Part shown: positions 57,178 through 64,000 of the stretch, one piece after another
Numbering within the stretch: position 1 is the first letter of the stretch
Layout: each line of letters opens with the position of its first letter
Source of the DNA: Clostridia bacterium
Lineage (GTDB): Bacteria > Bacillota > Clostridia > Christensenellales > CAG-138
Reading direction: 5' to 3'
Length of the DNA: 64,000 nucleotides
Assembly (NCBI GenBank): GCA_017438865.1
Contig: JAFRUN010000044.1
Span: forward strand, 18,765-82,764
The notes under the pieces: generated by a model
Seen by the model: only the letters and a program-made list of their open reading frames with translations
Database searches by the model: none
Told to the model about the DNA's origin: nothing
Program-made: the position numbers and the translations under genes

Positions 57178-59208
57178 TCAGAACTTGCCGGAATGCCCGC
57201 CGTGCGTGCCGCCCGAAGACGAGGTGTGCGTCGAGCTTCCGCCGTGGAAACTGCTGCCGCCGCTGCCGCCGCGTCCGCCTCCGCCCGAGGATTCGGTGTG
57301 TACGACGTGGACCGATCGCGTGACGTTCTTGCCGAGCAGCAGGTCGCTGTTCTGCGTTACGGTGAACGACGCGGGCTCCATATAGGTCTCCGCACTCGTC
57401 TTTTTGTTCACGCTGATCAGCTGGCGCTTCATGCCGCTGACCGGAATGAAGCCGAACAGCAGACCTGCGACGACCGCAACGAAGAGCGTGATCCAGTTCA
57501 TGGGACGCCAGTTCATGATCTTCTCACCGCGCGCCGCAAAGGCGTCGAGCGCGCCGGAAAGATCCTGCGCGGACAGATACGGACCGACCTCCTTGACGAG
57601 CTTTGCGATCCGTTTTTCGCTGAACTTCTCCCGCGCCAGGTCGCCGCGCACCAGCACCGAGCAAGCCGAACCGTTCGTGCCGAACACGACGGCGTTGCCT
57701 TCATAGACCTTGCCGCTGTCAAGGAACGTCCGCGCAAGCGCGGAGGGATCGCTTGTATCGTCGCAGAGGAAGTACATCGCGATGCCGTGCTCCAAATAGA
57801 GCTGTTTGAGCCGGTCGTTGACGCTCCGGAGCGTCGCTTCCGGAAGCGCGCCGTCGTTCGTCAGGATATGCGCATAGTCCGTGGCGATCTTCTCGCAGAC
57901 GTCCAGATACGCGGCGACTGCGGAATAGGCGTCGCGGTTCAGATGCGGCTCGACCGCCTCGCGGACCGAATCCAGCTTCGCATCCGTAAACTTCGCCTGC
58001 GCGAGACTGCCGGTCACGCGGAGCGCGCAGCCGGAGGGCGAGTTCACCAGCACGATCGCGTTGGATTCGAGCAGGCGTTCGCGGATGAAATCCGAAAGGA
58101 ACGCGTCCGGATCGTCCGCAGCCGCGTTTTCCAGCAGATAGATGCCGATGCCGCTTGCGTTCGCAACGGACTCCGCACGGTCGTTGAAGATCAGAAGCTG
58201 TGCGTCGGACAGCGCTTCGGAATAGATGCGCCGGTGATCGTAGGGAACGCCTTCGCGCGCGGTTTTCAGAAGATATTCGCAGCCGTCCGCGAACGCGTCG
58301 AAGCCGTCGCTGAAGTTGTTGTTGGAAAGGTACGGCAAAAACTGCGGTTCCAGATACACCTGAATGCCGTAATCGGTGAACGCCTTGATCGCGGAACCGC
58401 TGGTGCTGATCGCAAAGTCGCGGCCCTCCATCGAGAGGAGCAGCAGGATGCCGTCGCCGTCGATCGTCGTGCCCTGCGCGTTCGGGACTGCGCCGTAGCC
58501 GTAGCCGTTATAGTCGAAGAAATCGTCCGCATACGCTTCGGCGCTTTTTCCGTCGAGCCGCGGTACGGTCACGACGACCACGTCGCAGCGGTACTCGAGG
58601 CCGATCTCTTTGAGCCGCTGCGAAAGCGCTTCCGCTTCGCGGTCGGTCAGCAGATGCTCGCGGTCGACGACCGTGGGCTTTCCGCCGTCGGTCATCGCGA
58701 TGTTCGCCGGTACGCCGGAAAGGTCGGATGTACCGGACGGAATCAGCCCGCTTTGGGTTTCAAAATACGCCGCGAGCGCGTCGTCCGCCGCGTTCAGGTA
58801 TGCGAGCAGCTTCCGTTCGGGATCGCCCTTCACCGCGCGGTACGCGTCGAGGATCGCTCCGTCGCAGACGGAATCGGGAAGCGCCGCCTTTGCGACGGGA
58901 CCGATCTGCAGGAAATAGTAATAGTTTTCGTTGAAGCCGAGCACGAGCGCGTTCTCTTCGACGACGTGTTCTTCCGCAAATTCGCGGATGTAGGAGGGAA
59001 GGTCTTCGACGGCGCTGTAGAAGAAGTAATACACGCCGACGCCGCGCGTCGATGCGATCTCCGCGGCGCGCGCGTTGACCGTCTGAAGCTCCGCTTCGGT
59101 CAGGATGTCGTCGTCGGCATACACATACCGTCCGTCCTCCGCGTGCATTGAAAGGACGGGAACGAGCAGCAGAAGCGCGATCAGAAGGATCGGGAATACG
59201 CGTTTCAC
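57178..59208 (-). CDS. Multi-TPM-domain membrane protein (YdjH-like)
   Basis: GTG start, signal peptide, about four TPM-like units, TM, Gly-rich tail ending GGHSGKF. Confidence 0.82.
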   Translation of the reverse strand: MKRVFPILLIALLLLVPVLSMHAEDGRYVYADDDILTEAELQTVNARAAEIASTRGVGVYYFFYSAVEDLPSYIREFAEEHVVEENALVLGFNENYYYFLQIGPVAKAALPDSVCDGAILDAYRAVKGDPERKLLAYLNAADDALAAYFETQSGLIPSGTSDLSGVPANIAMTDGGKPTVVDREHLLTDREAEALSQRLKEIGLEYRCDVVVVTVPRLDGKSAEAYADDFFDYNGYGYGAVPNAQGTTIDGDGILLLLSMEGRDFAISTSGSAIKAFTDYGIQVYLEPQFLPYLSNNNFSDGFDAFADGCEYLLKTAREGVPYDHRRIYSEALSDAQLLIFNDRAESVANASGIGIYLLENAAADDPDAFLSDFIRERLLESNAIVLVNSPSGCALRVTGSLAQAKFTDAKLDSVREAVEPHLNRDAYSAVAAYLDVCEKIATDYAHILTNDGALPEATLRSVNDRLKQLYLEHGIAMYFLCDDTSDPSALARTFLDSGKVYEGNAVVFGTNGSACSVLVRGDLAREKFSEKRIAKLVKEVGPYLSAQDLSGALDAFAARGEKIMNWRPMNWITLFVAVVAGLLFGFIPVSGMKRQLISVNKKTSAETYMEPASFTVTQNSDLLLGKNVTRSVHVVHTESSGGGGRGGSGGSSFHGGSSTHTSSSGGTHGGHSGKF

Positions 59209-60317
59209 AGACAACCACCTCCGCATCCGAGAAAATGTCCGAGAAGGCACAGTCCCGCGAGGATCCCCGCGAACAGTCCGCCGTACAGCAGGCGGTACTT
59301 CCACATACGCCCCTTGTCGAGCGGCAGGTCGCCGACGAGCTTGCCGGTCTGTCCGTTCATTGCAAAGGTGTAGAGCTTGCCGTTCCATCTGACGTGCAGA
59401 AGCCAGACGGGCAGCAGCGCATACTCGCGCTCGTTGTTGCGCTCCGAGATCGTCGAGCTTTCCAGAGCGACCGAATTGAACCCGCTCGTCATCGCGGCGA
59501 CCTTGGAGGTCATCGTCTGGCTGAACCGCGTCTTGGCGCGTTCCACGCTGACGTCCGCATCGACGTCGTACCGGTCGGAGAAGAAGCCCGAAAGGTACGC
59601 GGTCTGGAAATCGACCGCTTCACTGAGGTCGAACGGTTCCAGAGAATCCATCATTGCATCGTCCATCTTCAGGGAACCGTCGACCGGAATGCGGTTGAAC
59701 CGTGCGGTTGCGGCGCGAAGCAGGGCGTAGCGCGAGGTCTCGACGTAATCGAACCCGCCGTCCGTCCACGCGCGGGACCTTGTGCCGGAAAAGCGCATAC
59801 TCGCGGAAACGTCCGACGAGAACAGCCAGAACGGCACATAGATGCCCTTGATCTCCTCGATGCAGGATTCCGAGTGGAACGCTTTCGGCAGGAGCTTTTT
59901 GCCGTGCAGATGCTTGCGGAACGCGTCCTGCGCGGCGGCGCGGTCGAGCTTGAACGGCAGCACGAGGTCCGGCTTCCATTCGCCGGTAAACTGCCGCTTC
60001 ATGATCACGGTGTTGTCGCAGAACGGACAGCGTGCGCTCGCAAGCGTGTCGTCGCCGAGCACCTCGCCGCCGCACGCGGCGCAGGTATACACGTTGAGAC
60101 CGGTGGCTTCGTCCTTATCCCAGCGTTCCGCGTCCTTCGACCACGAATCGCTCGTTTCGTTTTCGGCGTCCTCCTTCAAAAAGCTGTCGTAATCGATCAG
60201 CTCCTGCGGGGAAAACGTCGAATCACAGTACGGACAGACGACCTGCTGCGATCCGCTGTCGAACTGCAGGGACGCGCCGCAGGCAGGGCATCTGTATTCC
60301 AATAATTGCTGTGGCAT
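59205..60317 (-). CDS. Double Zn-ribbon membrane protein (YdjG-like)
   Basis: CPAC/CPYC, CAAC/CPFC, YVPFW, LLPVW, MNGQTGK, C-terminal TM. Confidence 0.82.
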   Translation of the reverse strand: MPQQLLEYRCPACGASLQFDSGSQQVVCPYCDSTFSPQELIDYDSFLKEDAENETSDSWSKDAERWDKDEATGLNVYTCAACGGEVLGDDTLASARCPFCDNTVIMKRQFTGEWKPDLVLPFKLDRAAAQDAFRKHLHGKKLLPKAFHSESCIEEIKGIYVPFWLFSSDVSASMRFSGTRSRAWTDGGFDYVETSRYALLRAATARFNRIPVDGSLKMDDAMMDSLEPFDLSEAVDFQTAYLSGFFSDRYDVDADVSVERAKTRFSQTMTSKVAAMTSGFNSVALESSTISERNNEREYALLPVWLLHVRWNGKLYTFAMNGQTGKLVGDLPLDKGRMWKYRLLYGGLFAGILAGLCLLGHFLGCGGGCL

Positions 60318-60417
60318 CGGAATCTCCTTTTCATTTCAATCGATCGAAAAGACTTTCGATCGATTGGTTTTCAGCTTCCGCCTGTCATGCTGCGTATTCC
60401 CGGGCGGCGAAAGCAGC

Positions 60418-60510
60418 AAGGTGTCAAATGCGCCGCGCATGTCGCGGCATTTGACGGATTGACAACCGATAAGGTGTAAAATCCGCCGCGCATGTCGCCG
60501 GATTTTACAG
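60418..60510. repeat. Tandem 40-bp hairpin repeat with compensatory changes
   Basis: Copies 60418-60457 and 60471-60510, 34/40 identical; 10-bp stem retained. Confidence 0.8.
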
Positions 60511-60594
60511 ATCGATACAAGACGGTAATTCAAACAAACGGAGGGTGCGGAACGGTTCCGCACCCTCCGCGTCGGGCTTATCGATTAAAGGATC

Positions 60595-61890
60595 TTATTC
60601 GAAGCGGCTGCCGCACTCGGGGCAGAACTTCGGGGGATTGGCGGGATCTTCGGGCGTGAAGCCGCACTTCGGGCAGCGCGCCGCCGGTTCGGGTTTCTTG
60701 GTGCCGCACTGTGTGCAGAACTTGCCGCTGTTCACCGCGCCGCAGGCGCAGGTCCATGTGCCGGCGGGCGCGGGCTTCTTGGCGCCGCACTCGGGGCAGA
60801 AGTTGCCGGTTGCGGTCGTGCCGCAGGTCGGGCACTTCCAGCTGTTGGCTGCCGCCGCCTGCGCTTCCTTGTTCTGCTGGCCCATCTGGAACAGCGCCGC
60901 GGTGTTGCTGCCCATCGCGCCGCCGACGCCGTTGACCATACCCATGCCCATGAAGCCGGTCATCGCGCCGTTCGCATTGCCCGCCGCGGTCTTCATCGCT
61001 TCCGCGCTTGCCTGCGTCATGGTCGCCGCTGCCATCGTCGGATCGCGGTTGATCGCCGCGCGCTGCGCCGCCTTGATCATCTCCGCATCCTCTTCGGTCA
61101 GCGTGATCGGGTTCATCGCGATGGAAACGACTTCGAGACCTCTCTTTTCGCCCCAGAGCTTACTGAGCTCGACGTTCATCGCCTCGCAGAGCTCGGTGGT
61201 GTGCGCCGGGACCTGATTCGGACGGACTTCCAGCGCGGAGATCTTCGCCATCGCGGGCTGCAGCGCATTGACGAACTCGGTTTTCAGCTGCGCGTCGATC
61301 TCGCTGCGCAGATAATCGCCGGAGACGTTGCCGCAAACCTCGGTGTAGAACAGGATCGGGTCGACCATCTTGTAGGAGTAGACGCCGTTGCAGCGCAGAC
61401 TGACGTCGATGTCCAGATTGATGTTATGGTCGACGACACGGAACATGATCGGGTTCGAGGTGCCGAACTTGTTGTCCATGATCTCCTTGGTGTTGAAATA
61501 ATACACCCGCTGATCCTTGCCCGTATCGCCGCCGAACGTGAAACGGCGGCCGAGCGTCTTGAAGGAATTCAGGATGCTCTGACCGAGACTGCCTGCGAAG
61601 ATGCTCGGTTCGGTCGAGGTGTCGTAAACGAATTCGCCGGGCTCGGCGCAGACCTCAACGACCTTGCCCTGCTCGACAATGATCATGCACTGACCGTCGG
61701 CGACCGCGATGACGGAGCCGTTGCTGATGATGTTGTCGCTGCCCTTCGTGTTGGAAGAACGGCTGCCGATCCGCTTCTGTCCCTTCGTTACCAGAACGTC
61801 CTTCGTGAGCGCCTCACAGTAGAAAAATTCTTTCCACTGATCTGCGAGTACGCTGCCCAATGCGCCGATACCGGCTTTAATAAGTCCCAT
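60595..61890 (-). CDS. SPFH (band-7-like) domain protein with C-terminal Zn ribbons (YdjI-like)
   Basis: ADQWKEFFYC, RFTFGG, KFGT; repeated CxxCG/FCPECG. Confidence 0.88.
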   Translation of the reverse strand: MGLIKAGIGALGSVLADQWKEFFYCEALTKDVLVTKGQKRIGSRSSNTKGSDNIISNGSVIAVADGQCMIIVEQGKVVEVCAEPGEFVYDTSTEPSIFAGSLGQSILNSFKTLGRRFTFGGDTGKDQRVYYFNTKEIMDNKFGTSNPIMFRVVDHNINLDIDVSLRCNGVYSYKMVDPILFYTEVCGNVSGDYLRSEIDAQLKTEFVNALQPAMAKISALEVRPNQVPAHTTELCEAMNVELSKLWGEKRGLEVVSIAMNPITLTEEDAEMIKAAQRAAINRDPTMAAATMTQASAEAMKTAAGNANGAMTGFMGMGMVNGVGGAMGSNTAALFQMGQQNKEAQAAAANSWKCPTCGTTATGNFCPECGAKKPAPAGTWTCACGAVNSGKFCTQCGTKKPEPAARCPKCGFTPEDPANPPKFCPECGSRFE

Positions 61891-61947
61891 AGTGTTTCTC
61901 CTTTCAGTTGGTCGGTTCTATCGAAAAAGGTTTGTATCCTTGATCGC

Positions 61948-62244
61948 CTATGGATTGTTCCGCGCTTCCGCGTACGGATCGCGTACCTTTTCGGAGTACG
62001 GATTCTTGTTCTCGGGAGAGGGGATCCGGTGCGCGCTCGCGCAGCGCGCAAAGATCACCAGAAGCGTACGCAGAACGATCACGAGCGCCCATGCGCCGAG
62101 CGCCGCCCAGAACCATACGAACGGCAGTCCGATCGCAAAGTGCAGCGCGAGAAAGATCCAGGCAGGGATCGTCCACAGCGCGTACAGAAGCGCGTTCCAA
62201 AGAAGACACAGAAAAAACCCGCCGCGGTCCTTCGTTTCCGTGAT
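61948..62244 (-). CDS. Small membrane protein with apparent non-canonical ATC start (absent from ORF track)
   Basis: AAGGAGG-5 nt-ATC; 98-aa frame ITETKDRGGFFLCLLWNALLYALWTIPAWIFLALHFAIGLPFVWFWAALGAW...ENKNPYS...; promoter upstream. Confidence 0.65.
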   Translation of the reverse strand: MTETKDRGGFFLCLLWNALLYALWTIPAWIFLALHFAIGLPFVWFWAALGAWALVIVLRTLLVIFARCASAHRIPSPENKNPYSEKVRDPYAEARNNP

Positions 62245-62275
62245 CGCCGCCTCCTTTGCAAACTATTCCGTATAT

Positions 62276-62304
62276 ATTATAACGACCTGCCGGACAAATT
62301 GCAA
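62276..62304 (-). promoter_or_regulatory. sigmaA promoter for the small membrane gene and SPFH operon
   Basis: TTGCAA-17 nt-TATAAT on minus strand. Confidence 0.7.
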
Positions 62305-62355
62305 ATGCATTTTTGTGATATTTGTGTTATACTGATGTGACAGGGAGGTGAAACC

Positions 62356-62781
62356 ATGCTTGACACACGTCTTTCGTCCTATCTGAACGGGATCTTGGAC
62401 CTATCGAGCGCGCTTTCGGAATGGATCGGGTGCTCAAACGCCGGCGTTTCCGCGTATACGAAGGACGGCTGGGAGGACGCGTTCCGCCGCCACTATCACA
62501 TCAAACAGTTCACGCCGGTCCCTGTCGGGGAGACCTTTTATCAGACGCTTGTGCAATGGCTCGGCAGCACCTCGTTCGGGCTGACAAAAAACGTGATCGA
62601 CTGCATCACGCATAAGCTCGGCGAACCGCTCGCCGTGTACCGCGCGGAAAACGAGCAAGCATTGATCGATCGGCTTTCGAGCTGCAACGGGCACATCGGC
62701 GCGTATTATTTCACCGAGGACGTTTTCTTCGTCGCCTTTGAGACGCACGTCCTCGCATTTATCATGGGTAATTGGGAATAA
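62356..62781 (+). CDS. Hypothetical protein
   Basis: RBS GGAGGTG; 141-aa ORF. Confidence 0.7.
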   Translation: MLDTRLSSYLNGILDLSSALSEWIGCSNAGVSAYTKDGWEDAFRRHYHIKQFTPVPVGETFYQTLVQWLGSTSFGLTKNVIDCITHKLGEPLAVYRAENEQALIDRLSSCNGHIGAYYFTEDVFFVAFETHVLAFIMGNWE

Positions 62782-62796
62782 ACGGGAGCAAAGGGC

Positions 62797-63540
62797 ATGC
62801 AGATCACGGTATACGATGAACAGAGGCAGGCGAACGTGTTCGATCTTCGCACGCTGGACGCATACAGCGGAATCTACCGTTCCGAGCATTATGCGTTTCA
62901 TTATAAACCCGGTTCATTTGCGGAGCAGCATATCCGATCGGTTGCCGGGGAGCAGGAAGCATGCTTTCGGAGGATCACCGAACAGCTTTCGATTCCGTTT
63001 TCGGATACGATTCAGTATTTCCTGACGGATTCGCCGGAGGAGAACGGAAGAATCATCGAGGAGCTGTTCGGGGAATACGCCCCGGGCAACGGCTTTGCGA
63101 TCGGACCGAACAACGTGTTTGCCGTTTACGGCGAGCAGATCCGCTGCATCGGCGCGCACGAGGATACGCATCTGATCTCCTATGCGTACTGCGATCCCGC
63201 AAGCGCGTTTTTAAGCGAAGGGCTTGCCATGTTCATGGACGGGGAATGGTGGGGAAAGCCGAACGCCGAATGGATAAAAGCGTTTTTGAAAAACGAAACG
63301 TACCGGTCGGTCTTTACGCTTGACGACGAAGAGACATTTTGGAATACGCCGTGCGAGATCTCCTATCCGATCGCAGGCGCGTTTACGGCTTTTATGATCG
63401 AACGCCTCGGCGCCGCCGTATTTCTGGAACAGATCTACAAACCGAAGGCGCCGCTTGCGGAAAAAACGGAGCGGACCTTCAAAAAAACGCCCGAGGCGGT
63501 TGAAAAGGATTTCCTCGATTGGGTGGATTTGAAACAATAA
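62797..63540 (+). CDS. Putative gluzincin (peptidase MA-like) metalloprotein
   Basis: HExxH (AHEDTH) followed by FLSEGLA and downstream SY. Confidence 0.7.
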   Translation: MQITVYDEQRQANVFDLRTLDAYSGIYRSEHYAFHYKPGSFAEQHIRSVAGEQEACFRRITEQLSIPFSDTIQYFLTDSPEENGRIIEELFGEYAPGNGFAIGPNNVFAVYGEQIRCIGAHEDTHLISYAYCDPASAFLSEGLAMFMDGEWWGKPNAEWIKAFLKNETYRSVFTLDDEETFWNTPCEISYPIAGAFTAFMIERLGAAVFLEQIYKPKAPLAEKTERTFKKTPEAVEKDFLDWVDLKQ

Positions 63541-63563
63541 AAGCTCCCTGCGGGGAGCTTTTT
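63539..63563. terminator. Bidirectional terminator
   Basis: AAAAGCTCCC-tgcg-GGGAGCTTTT. Confidence 0.8.
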
Positions 63564-64000
63564 CATTCGTTCAGCAGCCGGAAGAATTCCTGCGCTTCCG
63601 AAGCGGTCAGGGGCTTGTCGGAGATCATGCGGTACAGGAAAAGATAGATCGAATCGAACGGCGGCTCGCCGCATAGATCGACGTGCCGGTCCATCCAGTG
63701 CGCGATCGCCATCGCGTCGGACGGATTCAGAAATGTCGTCGGCTCCACGCCGTCGAGCAGCTCTTTGAGCTTGCGAAGCTCGAGGTCGGTCTCCGACTCG
63801 GTCGAGAACCGTCCCGCGGGCTTTTGCACCGGCTTTGCGTGTCTGCGGTACGGACGCACGTCGCGCGGGTCCCCGCCGAAATCGGTCAGCAGTTCGCGGT
63901 ACAGCCGATAGCACGCAAGCGCGTCGCACAGCGCGTCGTGATGGTTTTCAAGCGGGATATCGAACGCGGCGCAGAGCGTGTCGAGCCGGTAGCTTCCGTA
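63563..64000 (-). CDS. DEDDh 3'-5' exonuclease (DnaQ-like), C-terminal part; start lies outside the window
   Basis: Frame open to window end: YRLDTLCAAFDIPLENHHDALCDALAC (ExoIII H-x4-D). Confidence 0.8.
   Translation of the reverse strand, partial: YGSYRLDTLCAAFDIPLENHHDALCDALACYRLYRELLTDFGGDPRDVRPYRRHAKPVQKPAGRFSTESETDLELRKLKELLDGVEPTTFLNPSDAMAIAHWMDRHVDLCGEPPFDSIYLFLYRMISDKPLTASEAQEFFRLLNE

Noticed and set aside
60418-60510. Twin hairpins as a guanidine-II riboswitch or mini-CRISPR
   Set aside because: No ACGR tetraloops; only two copies with a 13-nt gap

Overview
GC-rich chromosomal segment from a spore-forming Clostridia-type Firmicute (spmAB, sigmaA promoters, AGGAGG RBSs); taxonomy is inferred from gene content. 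No tRNA, rRNA, CRISPR array, transposase or prophage was seen. Housekeeping genes include pepF, murG, metG, tatD, trmL, rpmB, icd, yhaM, mnmG, rsmG, two Trk/Ktr K+ systems and degV. Main points of interest: (1) a translationally coupled 8-gene Dlt/Alg-like operon (46865-54847) combining a D-amino-acid aminotransferase, a surface transglutaminase, a non-DltA adenylation enzyme, a carrier protein, an MBOAT with a fused FIYxxF shuttle motif, an SGNH-like protein with Cys at the nucleophile position and a lipoprotein, a candidate D-Glu/acidic amino acid surface-modification system; (2) a compact P4-less SAM-I riboswitch with terminator in front of a two-adaptor MacAB-type exporter operon; (3) citrate-lyase activation genes and citD joined to aconitase-icd with no citE/citF nearby; (4) a SPFH/Zn-ribbon/4xTPM module with a covarying tandem hairpin; (5) a gene missing from the ORF track with an apparent ATC start; (6) a GTGATAT-hairpin micro-array. 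All calls come from motif recognition by eye; no database search was run.
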